64,000 bases of DNA from Eledone cirrhosa (Eukaryota): contig OZ024743.1 of the NCBI GenBank assembly GCA_964016885.1, forward strand, positions 78,492,001 through 78,556,000. The letters run 5' to 3'. Shown here one piece after another: positions 12,646 to 25,753 of the stretch. Below the pieces are notes generated by a model, which saw only the letters and a list, made by a program, of their open reading frames with translations, was not told where the DNA came from and ran no database searches. Made by a program: the position numbers and the translations under genes. The number at the start of each line of letters is the position of its first letter. Position 1 is the first letter of the stretch.

Positions 12646-14755
12646 ATGTGGTGTAGTGTGGTGTGGTGTAGTGTGGTGCGGTGTAGTGTGGTGTGGTGTG
12701 GTGTAGTGTGGTGTAGTGTGGTGTAGTGTAGTGTGGTGTGGATTAGTGTGGTGTAGTGTAGTGTAGTGTAGTGAGGTGTAGTGTGGTGTAGTGTAGTGTG
12801 GTGTGGAGTAGTGTGGTGTGGATTAGTGTGGTGTAGTGTAGTGAGGTGTAGTGTGGTGTAGTGTAGTGTGGTGTGGAGTAGTGTGGTGTGGTGTAGTGTA
12901 GTGTAGTGAGGTGTAGTGTGGTGTGGTGTAGTGTTGTGTGGTGTAGTGTAGTGTAGTGTGGTGTAGTGCAATGTAGTGTGGCGTGGTGTAGTGTAGTGTG
13001 GTGTAGTGTGATGTGGTGTGGCGTAGTGTAGTGTGGTGTGGTGTAGTATAGTGTAGTGTGGTGTGGTGTAGTGTAGTGTGGTGTAGTATTGTGTAGTGTG
13101 GTGTGGTATAGTGTAGTGTGGTGTAGTGGAGTGTGGTGTAGTGTAGTGTGGTGTGGTGTAGTGTGGTGTTGTGTAGTGTGGTGTGGTGTAGTGTTGTGTG
13201 GTGTAGTTTGGTGTGGTGTAGTGTTGTGTGGTGTAGTGTGGTGTTGTGTAGTGCGGTGTGGTGTAGTGTGGTGTGGTGTAGTCTGGCATGGTGTGGTGTA
13301 GTATAGTGTAGTGTGGTGTAGTGTAGTGTTGTGTGGTGTGGTGTAGTGTGGTGTGGTGTAGTGTGGTGTAGTGTAGTGTGGTGTAGTGTAGTGTGGTGTA
13401 GTCTGGTGTGGCGTGGTGGGTTTAGTGTAGTGTGGTGTAGTGTAGTGTGGTGTGATGTGGTGTGGTGTAGTGTAGTGCGGTGTAGTGTAGTGTGGTGTGG
13501 TTTAGTGTGGTGTGATGTTGTGTAGTGTGGTGTGGTGTGGTGTAGTGTGGTGTAGTGTGGTATGGTGTAGTGTGGTGTAGTGTGGTGTAGTGTGGTGTGG
13601 TGTGGTGTAGTGTGGTGTGGTGTAGTGTAGTGTGGTGTGGTGTGGTGTGGTGTGGTGTGTGGTGTGGTGTGGAGTAGTGTGGTGTAGTGTAGTGTAGTGT
13701 AGTGAGGTGTAGTGTGGTGTAGTGTAGTGTGATGTGGTGTGGTGTGGTGTAGGGTGGTGTAGTGTGGTGTAGTGTGGTGTGATGTGGTGTAGTGTGGTGT
13801 AGTGTGGTGTGGTGTAGTGTAGTGTAGTGTAGTGTGGTGTGGTGTAGTGTAGTGCAGTGTAGTATAGTGTAGTTTGGTGTGGTGTTGTGTGGTGTACAGT
13901 AGTGTGGTGTAGTGTGGTGTGGTGTAGAGTGGTGTATTGTGGTGAACTGTGGTGTGGTGTAGTGTGGTTTAGTGTGGTGTGGTGTGGTGTATAGTGGTGT
14001 AGTGTAGTGGGGTGTAGTGTGGTGTAGTGCAGTGTAGTGTGGTGTAGTGTGGTGTAGTGTGGTGTAGTGTGGTGTAGTGTAGTGTGGTGTAGTCTGGTGT
14101 GGCATGTTGTGGAGTGGTGTAGTGTTGTGGGGTGTGATGTGGTATAGTGCAGCGTAGCGCGGTGTAGTGTGGTGTAGTATAGGGTGGTGTAGTGTAGTGT
14201 GGTCTAGGGTGGTGTAGTGTGGTGTAGTGTAGTGTGGTGTAGTCTGGTGTGGCGTGGTGTGGTGTGGTGTAGTGTAGTGTAGTGGGGTGTGATGTGGTAT
14301 AGTGCAGCGTAGTGAGGTGTAGTGTTGTGTAGTATAGTGTGGTGTGGTGTAGTGTAGTGTGGTGTAGGGTGGTGTAGTGTGGTGTAGTGTAGTGTGGTGT
14401 AGTCTGGTGTGGTGTGGTTTAGTGTGGTGTGGTGTAGTGTGGTGTAGTGTAATGGTGTGTAGTCTCGTGTGGCGTGGTGTGGTGTAGTGTAGTGGAGTGT
14501 ATTGTGGTGTAGTGTGGTTTGGTGTGATGTAGTGTGGTGTGGTGTAGTGTGGTGTAGTGTAGTGTGGTCTAGTGTGGTGTAGTGTAGTATGGTGTAGTGT
14601 AGTGTGATGTAGTCTTTTGTGGTGTGGCGTGGTGTGGTGTAATGTAGTGTAGTGTGGTGTAGTGTAGTGTAGTGTAGTGTAGTGTAGTGTAGTGTGGTAT
14701 GATGTAGTGTGGTGTAGTGTGGTATAGTGTGGTGTAGTGTGGTGTGGTGTATTGT
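12646..14755. repeat. 2.1-kb pentanucleotide satellite (GTGTA/GTGTG)n
   Basis: Direct reading. Confidence 0.95.
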
Positions 14756-14989
14756 ACTATAGAGTAGTCATGACATAGTGAATGGAAAATATCTATGTGC
14801 TCCTGCTCTCTGTGTGTGTATTTGTATGTTCTTGTGATGTGTGTGTATGTATATGTGCTCCTGCTCTGTGTGTGTGTATTTGTAAGTTCTTGTGATGTGT
14901 GTGTATGTATATGTGCTCCTTGTGTGTGTGTATGTGGTGTGTGTGTGGCTGCAAGACACTAATATATTTATTCTTCATTAATATCTGTT

Positions 14990-15365
14990 AGCCATGCTTT
15001 CTAGCATAGTTACGTCCCTTTACAGTCTGAGTTCAAATCCCGCCGAGGTTAACTTTGTCTTTCATCCTTACGGGGTCGATAAAATAAAGTACCAGTAATG
15101 TAATTGATAATTGCTGGCCTTGTGCCTAAAGTAGAAACAATTAATATGTCTTAATATTCTTCATTAATATGTCAGGGTGGTGGATTGGCAGTATCGGTAG
15201 AGGGTCGGGCGCCATGCTTTGAAGCAACGAGTTACGGGCCTTAATGATCTGAGTTCAAATCCCACCGAGATTTACTTTGCCTTTCATCCTTACGGGGTCG
15301 ATAAAATAATGTACCAGTAATACATTGGGATAATTGCTGGCCTAGTGCCAAAATTAGAAACAATT
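14990..15365 (+). mobile_element. Two tandem SINE family A copies
   Basis: 14990-15142 truncated; 15175-15365 full length. Confidence 0.88.
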
Positions 15366-15760
15366 AATATGTCTTATATTGAAGTCAAAAGTTCTGTTTG
15401 GTATAACTTTGAATCTTTGCAAGTGGCCGATCTTAATTGAGTTTTTTAAAAGAAAATTCTAGAATGAGGCGGCTTGGTGCAGGGGGCGGGGGAGCAATAT
15501 ATCGAATTTCTAGAAACATCAATATTAAAATAAATATATATAAAATAAACATATAAATAAACAAGGAATGTAAACTTAAATAAAATAAAAATGAACGAAT
15601 TGTTGAAGGAGAGTTATAAAGACGGAGTTACTGAAAATTAAGTTTAAAACCACCTGTTTCTCTGCTTAACTTAATAGAAATAACTTGAAACTGAGAAATA
15701 AACAGTGATTGAAGTAAAAATCTGCGTAATTAATGTACACACACACATACACACACACAC

Positions 15761-15807
<47 letters not shown>

Positions 15808-15812
<5 letters not shown>

Positions 15813-16361
15813 GTTTCTACTTTTGGCACAAAGCCAGCAATTACCCCAATGCATTACTGGTACTTTAATTTATCGACCCCGTAAGGATGAAAGGCAAAAT
15901 TTATCCTCGGCGGGATTTGAACTCAGATCATAATTGGAGGTAACTCTATGCTTCAAAGCATGGCGTCCAACCCTCTACTGATACTACCAATCAACTTCAA
16001 TATATATATAATTGTTTCTACTTTGGGCACAAGGCCAGCAATTACTCAGTACATTACTGGTACTTTATTTTATCGACCCCGCAAGGATGAAAGGCAAAGT
16101 TAACCTCGGCGGGATTTGAACTCAGATCATAAAGGGCCGTAACTCTTTGCCGCAAAGCATGGCGTCCGACCCTCTACCGATACTACCAATCCACTTCAAT
16201 ATATATATAATTGTTTCTACTTTAGGCACAAGGCCAGCAATTACCCAGTGCATTACTGGTACTTTATTTTATCGACCCCGTAAGGATGAAAGGGAAAGTT
16301 AAGCTCGGCGGGATTTGAACTCAGATCGTAAATGGACGTAACTATGCTGGAAAGCATGGCA
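15808..16361 (-). mobile_element. Three tandem SINE family A copies, 200-bp period
   Basis: 3' ends at about 15808, 16008 and 16208; shared linker cttcaatatatatata. Confidence 0.9.
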
Positions 16362-16584
16362 TATAATGATAGGGTATAAATATCGTAGGAGTGGAGGAAG
16401 CAGAGAGACAGAGAAGTGCGATACAGATTACTAAATACCAATAGCCGATGCGTGGTGTGCTCAATGCTTGCGTTAGCAGAATTAAATATTAGAGAAGATT
16501 TAATATTTAGTGTATAGTTTAAGCAGAGCGGGAATGAATGAATGAAGGAGTTGCAATCCGTTAAAATAATTTATTTATATAGCT

Positions 16585-16620
16585 CTTACACATGTTTCGC
16601 CCACACGGACTCGTCAGAGA
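16585..16620 (-). ncRNA. Minimal type I hammerhead ribozyme
   Basis: Minus strand: tct-CTGACGA-gtcc-gtgt-gggc-GAAA-catgtg-TA-aga; lies in the left arm of imperfect inverted repeat 16532-16780. Confidence 0.75.
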
Positions 16621-16785
16621 AATAATTGATTATATAATGTCATCAATAAGTATAAATACCGTTGAGAATCATTTTCTCAGTTTCACGTCTCCTTGCATTA
16701 TAGCTGAAAAAAAAATAAACACATGTGTAAGAGCTATATAAAGAACTTTTTTAACGGCCTGTAATTCCTTCATTCATTCATTTGC

Positions 16786-16862
<77 letters not shown>

Positions 16863-17010
16863 CAAAATTAAGCAGAAATAACAAAGCAAACTACAGAGTA
16901 AAATGAAGGAATATATTAGTTTAATACTTGATATAGTAGAAAAATACAATACATTACACTACTATGTATATATACAATGAGATCGAAATAACTGGATATC
17001 GATCTAAACT

Positions 17011-17052
<42 letters not shown>

Positions 17053-17113
17053 CACACACACACATATATATATAAATACACGTCTTGTCTTATTTTTGTT
17101 AATTATCCTAAGA

Positions 17114-17175
<62 letters not shown>

Positions 17176-17475
17176 CAGAAGCCGGAGTCAATATATGACA
17201 AGATCTGAATTCTAAGTTACAGATGTGATCCATTTGATGGGTTTGACGCAGCTTCTATTTACAGTTTCACTGGCACCCGTTGGGCCAAATCATGTAATGA
17301 TACTTGTCAAAGATGTCCCGCAGTAGGGTCGGACAGAATGTGGGTTTCATGCTTTTGAAAGGCACCTCGTATGCGCTCACCCATGTCTCAACCCACCTCA
17401 CAATATATACAGATGTTCTGACAATACTTTAAGGTTTAGTGCAGGCATGGGTAACACCTTTTGAGTAGTCGGTCT

Positions 17476-17913
17476 CATAGGATGTGGGTCATCATAAGGT
17501 GGACCACATGGGATGGGGACATCGTAAGGTGAGCCACATAGGATGTGGGTCATCATAAGGTGGACCACATAGGATGTGGGTCATCATAGGGTGGGCCACA
17601 TAGGATGTGGGTCATCATAGGGTGGGCCACATAGGATGTGGGTCATCATTAGGTGGGCCACATAGGATGTGGATCATCATAAGGTGGACCACATAGGATG
17701 TGGGTCATCATAGGGTGGGCCACATAGGATGTGGGTCATCATAGGGTAGGCCACATAGGATGTGGGTCATCATTAGGTGGGCCACATAGGATGTGGGTCA
17801 TCATAAGGTGAGCCACATAGGATGTGGACCATCATTAGGTGGGCCACATAGGATGTGGACCATCATAAGGTGGGCCACATACGATGTGGACCATCATAAG
17901 GTGGACCACATAG
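17476..17913. repeat. 31-bp minisatellite, about 14 copies
   Basis: Unit cataggatgtgggtcatcataaggtggacca. Confidence 0.95.
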
Positions 17914-18019
17914 GTGGGCAGTACGACTAAAACAATTCAAGGCAATTTGGAAATTAGGCGTGCCATTCAGAAAGCCAAACAGGCCACATGCGACTCGCGG
18001 GCCGCAGTTTGCCCATGAC

Positions 18020-18260
18020 TGGTTTAGTGGTTAGGATATTTGTAAATTCAAATCTCGGAACAGTGTTGTGTTCTTGAACAAGAAACTTCATTTCACGTTG
18101 CTCCAGTCTACTCCTGTGGAGAACATTAGCTGTAAGCATGTACCTCTAAATCTTCCACATAATTCCGTTAACATTGCACGTGTCTGTGGAATGCTCGGAC
18201 ACGTCGTTAATTTCATCAACAGGCTGTTCCATTGATCTGAAACTGAAACACTCATTGTCC
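18020..18260 (+). mobile_element. SINE family B, diverged
   Basis: tggtttagtggtta A-box; tgttcttgaacaagaaacttcatttcacgttgctccagt. Confidence 0.65.
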
Positions 18261-18535
18261 AACACATATCAATAGTGATTCCTGTTCGAACAAGTTCACT
18301 ACGTTCGATTATGTTGATTTGAAATTCAGAGTCAATTAATCTTTTATATATCCATCAGGCTGATTAATATATACACTTCAATAACCCCGTACGTCATATT
18401 AGCTCCATCGATCTCAGTCTTCGGTTGATTTGTCTGTAAGACAAGATCATCACGTACCAATAAACCCAGCGTCATATCCCCTCACTACAATAATCACCAC
18501 CACCACCACCGCCACAACACCATCACCACCACAAG

Positions 18536-18586
18536 GGCTTCCTGATGATTTCTCCCGAATGAAACAGTTCTAGTCCTGTAGAAGCC
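18536..18586 (+). ncRNA. Type I hammerhead ribozyme
   Basis: ggcttc-CTGATGA-tttc-tccc-gaat-GAAA-cag...ctg-TA-gaagcc; related copies at 55975 (+) and 50126 (-, degenerate). Confidence 0.75.
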
Positions 18587-18696
18587 TTTTCTATATTAAA
18601 TATTTATACTCTGCTTCGTATTGAGTACCTTACTTACTGTGGTTACCCCCGATTGAACCCGGGATAAACTTATATCTCTATATATAAAACTGTAGT

Positions 18697-18727
<31 letters not shown>

Positions 18728-18786
18728 CCTCATTTTTGCAAAGTCTATACAAATCCACATTTCTACTCCGATTGACTTCAAACTTG

Positions 18787-19268
18787 CATAACGAGGTCAT
18801 TAAGCATGGCTTGGACGCTGCAGGCTTCCCTTCCCAGCTCGAGCCGGTGGGGATGGATCGAGAGGACGGCAAAAGGCCAGATGGCATGACCATCTTCCCG
18901 TTCCGCGGTGGCAAGCCCTCGTCTGGGATGCCACTTGCACCGACACTTTCTGCAGCCGCAACCTGGTGCAGTCTGCGACTGGCCCAGGTTCTGCTGCACG
19001 TCGGGCTGAGGTGGCCAAACTCCTCAAATACCGGTCGCTCTCCGACAGGTTTGCGGTCGTACCCCTGGCAGTGGAGACTTCTGGTGTCCTCGGCCCCAGG
19101 GCTACCTCCTTACTCACCACCATAGGTGCTGAGCTGGCCAGCCGCAGCTCTGAGCCCCGCGAGTTGGAGTGGCTATTCCAGCGCGTCTCCCTTGCCGTCC
19201 TCCGGGTAAACGCATTCTCCATTCTGTCCGCCGGGGCTGTGGGTGGGCCCCATCGCGTACCGTTGTAG
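18787..19268 (+). mobile_element. CRE-like non-LTR retrotransposon fragment (restriction-like endonuclease), frameshifted
   Basis: HNEVIK..L..AG.PS.LEP.G..R.DGKRPDGMTIFPF..GK, then K..KY..L...F..VPLAVETSGVLGP..LFQRVSLAVLR.NA. Confidence 0.8.
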
Positions 19269-19532
19269 TTGTTGTATACAGATATTGGCTCATCAATCCC
19301 ATTGTCCTAATAATAGATAATTGAATTAGACTTGATAACTGGACATTTATATATTCCTTGTGGTCTAAAGATATTAACTGCAGCTTTTAATTTTCAATTT
19401 TCTGTTGTTAAAGGGGTGTTAGGCGCCGGTTATCGATCTTCGTCGTGCCCTTATAATATCTGTCTGTATGCCTAGCTGTCTGCATAACGACATTATGACC
19501 AACACGTCATTGCTGACGTATTATCTTCGCCA

Positions 19533-19610
<78 letters not shown>

Positions 19611-19623
19611 CATTTATATACTT

Positions 19624-19666
<43 letters not shown>

Positions 19667-19747
19667 TATACACATATATACATATACACACACATATATA
19701 CACATATACATACATATACATGCATACATATACAAACACATATACAC

Positions 19748-19783
<36 letters not shown>

Positions 19784-19869
19784 TTATATATAAATATACA
19801 CATAAAAATATATCTATCTATCTATCTAGGGCTGGCAAAATTCCCGAGATTCATGGACGAGTTCTCCCC

Positions 19870-20615
19870 AGCCTGGGTTTTGGCCGTGTAAAAAAGGTTA
19901 TAACAAGAAGATAGAAATATCAAAAAATTCAAAAATTCAGTAATAGAGGGTAAACTTCCGTGGGTCAAACGTGGCGAAAACCACGCAAAAGACTACGGCC
20001 ACCCTGACCACCAGGGCTAGCACCCTCTCTCAGTTTTACACTCCTCAGTCTACAGGCGCATAATCCGAGCGGGCCCGGTCAAGTGCCGGAAATGTCCAGA
20101 TGCTCGGCACCGCTCTCAAGGAATATGAAGCAGTGACAGGAGCAAAGTTAAACTAGGAAAAGTCGGTGGGCTTGCAGCTCGGCACCTGGAGAGGCAAGTC
20201 CATGCCGCTCGACAGCGTCGTGGGGCACTGGACCGAAGGACCGATTAAATTGCTCGGGGTCTGGTTCGGTCCGTTTATCCAGATGGAGAAACACTGGAGC
20301 GAGGTGATGAACAGGGTGACCTCTCTCACCCAGAAATGGGCCGAGAGGAAGCTGTCCCTGAAAGGTCGGGCAGAGGTAGCGAATGCGTTCATCGCATCCG
20401 TCATCTGCTACCGCCTAACCGTTGTGCCTTGCCTCGGCCCAACTCTGACAAAAATGGAGCGCCTTCTCTGCCGCTTTTTATGGAAGGGACGTGCTCCCAT
20501 GGTCAGACGCTCCATCTGCTGTCAACACCCGTTGTGTGGCGGGCTGGGCATGCCGTGGCTGATGATGCGCAAACACGCGCTGAGGCTGCGATATCTCTGG
20601 TGCTTCCTTGACGGT
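19870..20615 (+). mobile_element. Tx1-like LINE fragment with inverted 3' end
   Basis: 20120-20615 encodes YEAVTGAKLN.EKS..LLGVWFGP..RKLSLKGRAEVAN, homologous to 7289-8458; about 19870-20085 resembles the ORF end and 3' UTR on the minus strand. Confidence 0.8.
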
Positions 20616-20734
20616 GCAAAAAGGAGGACACACACACAGACAATTTCACTTTTATATGTATGTATAGATATACATACATATACAAACACATATATATAAA
20701 TATACACATAAAAATCTATCTATCTATCTATCTA

Positions 20735-20953
20735 TCTTGGGCGGGTAAATTCCCGAGATCCATGGACGAGTTCTCTCCAGCGGTCTCTGTCCCTCATTAT
20801 CGCTGCCATGTCCTGTGTCTCCAACAGACTAGTGTCAGTCCTTAGGGCATCAACATATGTTAACTTCGGTCTTCCTCTTGCAGTGTGTCCATGTAGGGGC
20901 TCCCACAGGAGCACTGAGTGCAGTGTCAACTCTGGATGTCGGTGAGCAGGTCC
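20735..20953 (-). mobile_element. LINE 3' fragment (RTE-like), same family as 52930-53445
   Basis: HRHPELTLHSVLLWEPLHG..RGRPKLTYVDALRTD..M.DR..WR. Confidence 0.75.
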
Positions 20954-21051
20954 AGTTCGTGAGTTTTTAACAGGCACTCACAAATAAATGTTTCTCATTG
21001 GAGGTGCTATTACCAATGTTCTTACCCGTGCAACGCCGGGATACACTGCTA

Positions 21052-21052
21052 G

Positions 21053-21146
<94 letters not shown>

Positions 21147-22556
21147 TGTGTGTGCGTGCGTGTGTATGTGTATGTATCTATAATTATAGATATATAAATC
21201 ATACATGTTAAATAGACACACATGTACACATACATTTATGAAGATCTGTATAAGTGGAGGTGAAAACGCCCAATGATGATGATGGTGTGTATGTGTGTAT
21301 GTGTGTGTGCGTGTGTGCGTGTGTATGTGTTTGTGTGCGTGCGTGCGTGTGTATGTGTGTATGAGTGTGTGCGTGTGTATGTGTGTATGTATGTGCATGT
21401 GTATGTGTGTGCGTGTGTATGTGTGTGTATGTGTGTATGTGTGTGCGCGTGTGTATGTGTGTGCGCGTGTGTATGTGTGTGTATGTGTGTATGTGTATGT
21501 GTGTGTGCGTGTGTATGTATGTGTGTGTATGTATATTTATCTATATATAAACACTGCATTCACACAATGTGTAGACCTGACAAATATGAAATGCAGTACA
21601 TCATATTAAATACCAATTTTAGCAAACAAGTTTTAAACAAAAATATGTCACACCTACACATATATAGAGAGAGGGATAGAGAGAGAGATAGAGGCGGAGA
21701 GGGAGAGAGAGTGGGAGAGAGAGGGACGAGAGAGAGGGAGAGGGAGAGAGGGGGAGACTGAGAGAGAGAGAGTAAGGCGAGAGAGGGGGAGAGAGAAAGA
21801 GAGAGGGAGAGGGAGAGAGAGAGAGGGGGAGAGAGGAAGAGACTGAGAGAGAGGGAGAGAGATAGAGGGAGAGATAGAGCGGAGAGTGAGAGGGAGAGGG
21901 AGAGAGGGAGAGAGAGGGGGAAAGAGAGAGAGAAGTGTGTGTGAGTATGTATGTGTATATACACGTGTGTTTTTGTGTATATATGGGTGTCTATGTATAT
22001 ATCTGTATGTACGTATGTGTATATATGTGTGTGTGTGTATGTATGTGTGCGTATGTGTATATGCGCGTGCATATATGCGTGTATATGTATGTGTGTGTAT
22101 GTGTATGTATGTGTGTGTATGTATGCGTGTATATATATAAATGCGTGTGTAAACATGTGTGTATATGTATGTGTGTATATGTATGTGTGAGTATATGTAT
22201 GTGTATATATGTATGTGTATATGTATCTGTATATATGTATGTGTATATATGTATGTGTGTAAGTGTGTGTGTATATGTATATATATATATGTATGTGTAT
22301 ATGTATGTGTATATATATATATGTGTATATGTATGTGTATATATGTATGTGTATATATGTATGTGTGTATATGTATGTGCGTATATGTATGTGTGTATAT
22401 GTATGTGTATATGTATGTGTGTATATGTATGTGTATATATGTATGTGTGTATATGTATGTGTGTATATGTATGTGTATATGTATGTGTGTATATGTATGT
22501 GTATATATGTATGTGTGTATATGTACGTGTGTATATGTATGTGTGTATATGTATGT
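21052..22556. repeat. Compound TG/TATG/GA microsatellite block
   Basis: Direct reading. Confidence 0.9.
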
Positions 22557-22699
22557 CTACCCTTCACCACATCTGAAGGTCACTGTAGGCCGTGTGTCAA
22601 ATATGACCTCTGCAGCAATCTTACATAAATGATGCCAAAGTTAATAAAACTTGAGTGGATCTGGAAAGCAGCTGTGTTCTGTAGATTTAAACTTGGTTA

Positions 22700-23444
22700 G
22701 TTAACTAGGTATCTAACTAGCTGTCTAACACGTCTAACTAGCTGTCTAACACGGCTAACTAGCTGTCTAACACGGCTAACTAGCTGTTTAACTAGGCTAA
22801 CTAGGTATCTAACTTGGCTAACTAGCTGTCTAACACGTCTAACTAGGTGTCTAACACGGCTAACTAGGTGTCTAACATGACTAACTAGTTGTCTAACTAG
22901 GCTAACTAGCTGTCTAACTAGGCTAACTAGGTGTCTAACTAGGCTAACTAGGTGTCTAACACGGCTAACTAGCTGTCTAACTAGGCTAACTAGTTGTCTA
23001 ACTAGGCTAACTAGGTGTCTAACACGGCTAACTAGCTGTCTAACTAGGCTAACTAACTGTCTAACTAGGCTACCTAGCTGTGGAACTAGGCTAACAAGCT
23101 GTCTAACACGGCTAACTAGCTGTCTAACACGGCTAACTAGCTGTTTAACTAGGCTAACTAGGTATCTAACTTGGCTAACTAGCTGTCTAACACGTCTAAC
23201 TCGGTGTCTAACTAGGCTAGCTAGGTGTCTAACACAGCTAACTAGCTGTCTAACACGGCTAACTAGCTGTCTAACTAGGCTAACTAGCTGTGTAACACGG
23301 CTAACTAGCTCTGTAACACGGCTAACTAGCTGTCTAACTAGGCTAACTAGCTGTCTAACTAGGCTAACTAGCTGTCTAACTAGGCTAACTAGCTGTCTAA
23401 CTAGGCTAACTAACTGTCTAACTAGGCTAACTAACTGTCTAACT
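22700..23444. repeat. 21-bp minisatellite built from 12- and 9-bp ctaac subunits
   Basis: Unit ctaactagctgt-ctaacacgg or -ctaactagg, about 35 copies. Confidence 0.95.
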
Positions 23445-23519
23445 TATGTCGTATTTATTAGATTTAAACTTCTTACGTATTCAACCCTCAAACAGCTGTC
23501 AGTCATTTCTCTCTCTCTC

Positions 23520-23563
<44 letters not shown>

Positions 23564-24033
23564 TCTGTCACACATACACTCACACACACTATACCCGTGA
23601 GACAGACACCCACACACACGTACGCATATATGCATATAATGGCTGCAACTCGATTTCGAGTAATAACATCGCTTGATATTTAAGCATGAACATCATGGAC
23701 GTGGCTTTTTAGTCCTGCTGCCTATGGCCAGCAATTGCATGCAACGCAAAAAATGTCACGTAAGAAGCTTTTACACATGTTACGCCCAAGTTGGACTACT
23801 CAGAGGCTCACAAGAAAATAAAGGGTTTAATTAGGAACCCTGAATGGGCATGAGTACGATTTTAACATCGAAATTCATATCTCGGTGTTATAAAGTTATA
23901 TATATATATATATATATTAATAAAAGGAATTCCAACTTTGTCTGATTTATTCGTTTTATTTACAATCCTTTAAAATTTATAATGGTATTAGAATGAAATA
24001 GTATGGTAGAATATTAAATGTTAAGTGTTAATT

Positions 24034-24070
24034 GAACAAGTACTTTCATGCTTTCGCAATCTTCAGGTTC
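24034..24070 (-). ncRNA. Minimal type I hammerhead ribozyme
   Basis: Same motif as 39897-39933; inside a ~200-bp dispersed repeat (23915-24110 / 39855-40052). Confidence 0.8.
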
Positions 24071-24107
24071 ATAATGTGTGGTGACAGTCAAGTTTGGAAT
24101 TTTCAAC

Positions 24108-24179
<72 letters not shown>

Positions 24180-24230
24180 CACACACATATACACACACTT
24201 ATGGAAATCTCTCTCTATATATAGATATAA

Positions 24231-24276
<46 letters not shown>

Positions 24277-24291
24277 TAAAATAACAGATTA

Positions 24292-24344
24292 AAGATTAAG
24301 CAAAGAATCGCTGCTTTCACCCTTAGCGGGGTCTTCTGAAACTT
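24292..24344 (-). ncRNA. Hammerhead-like motif with CAGAAGA core
   Basis: Minus strand: aagttt-CAGAAGA-cccc-gctaa-gggt-GAAA-gca...tgc-TT-aatctt. Confidence 0.5.
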
Positions 24345-24386
24345 ATCGAGCCCTCTTTGGATTTTAGTCTTCAAATTTATTATTAT

Positions 24387-24468
<82 letters not shown>

Positions 24469-24528
24469 TTATTTATTAAAATAACAGATTAAAGTTTAAG
24501 CAATTTTAATCTTCAAATTTATTATTAT

Positions 24529-24568
<40 letters not shown>

Positions 24569-24615
24569 TAATGTAAAACGAAAAATCAGTGATGCATCTG
24601 AACTCAATTTATTGT

Positions 24616-24703
24616 GTGTTACAATTGTTTCGCCGACGGACAGCTCGAGCCACGATCATTGTATGGATCTGTCTGATTCTGGACCTGCAGGTTCGTCGGA
24701 CAC
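24616..24703 (-). ncRNA. Hammerhead-like motif, CCGACGA core, long stem II region
   Basis: Minus strand: gtgt-CCGACGA-~60 nt-GAAA-caattg-TA-acac; shares cagctcgag with the 3966 motif. Confidence 0.5.
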
Positions 24704-24853
24704 TTGCAATAATTTCGGATCAAATTTTCACACTGGTGTGTTACCGTTAAAAAACATCTTCCTCGCTTGGCCTGCTGTTGGCTGTTGTTTTTCCATGTCA
24801 TCATAAATTCTGGCAAATAGTTGCTGTCACGCTGGCATCATAGCTACCATCAG

Positions 24854-24894
<41 letters not shown>

Positions 24895-24984
24895 AATGTG
24901 AAGACTAAAATCCAAAGAAAGCTCGATAAGGACAATATATATATATCAAATATATAAGAACCGCAGAGCAAATATTTATTAATA

Positions 24985-25112
24985 TAAGAGATTAAAGTTT
25001 AAGCAAAGAATCGGTGCTTTCACCCTTAACGGGATCTTCTGAAACTTCAGATCTTCAGAAGATCCCGTTAAGGGTGAAAGCAGCGATTCTTTGCTCAAAC
25101 TTTAATCTCTTA
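24985..25112. repeat. Fold-back hairpin made of two divergent HHR-like motifs (CAGAAGA core)
   Basis: ~59-bp arms, ~10-nt loop; minus strand 24995-25047 reads aagttt-CAGAAGA-tccc..agggt-GAAA-gca..tgc-TT-aaactt. Confidence 0.8.
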
Positions 25113-25125
25113 TTTTAATATATAT

Positions 25126-25247
<122 letters not shown>

Positions 25248-25314
25248 GTAATAATAATAAATTTGAAGATTAAAATTGCTTAAACTTTAATCTGTTATTT
25301 TAATAAATAAATAA

Positions 25315-25393
<79 letters not shown>

Positions 25394-25538
25394 CAATCGT
25401 CCCTCCCCCTGTTTACTGCAATGTAACACGTATCATGATACACCTAATTTGTTAACGTTTTATAAAAAAATCATACATTACAACTTTTTTTCGAGAGTGA
25501 CTTCTCTCATCTTTTTCAGAAATCCTAAACCTCTTCTT

Positions 25539-25591
<53 letters not shown>

Positions 25592-25607
25592 ATAATAATA
25601 ATAATAA

Positions 25608-25654
<47 letters not shown>

Positions 25655-25686
25655 AGATCAAAAGATGGTTAAAGGAGTTCCATGTA

Positions 25687-25753
25687 TTTTATTATGCGCA
25701 TTTCAAAAACAAACATCATCATGCAATAATATTTGTGTTTTCATCAGATAAAA
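25687..25753 (-). ncRNA. Type I hammerhead ribozyme in PLE 3' terminus
   Basis: Inverted copy of 29813-29879. Confidence 0.8.

Noticed and set aside
12546-14105. His/Thr/Pro-rich ORFs
   Set aside because: Translations of the pentanucleotide satellite
17476-17913. CRISPR-like 31-bp periodicity
   Set aside because: No unique spacers, eukaryotic context; plain minisatellite
22560-22680. Possible host exon between repeats (also 18290-18440 and 33826-34017)
   Set aside because: Stops in the candidate frames or no recognisable protein; not supportable
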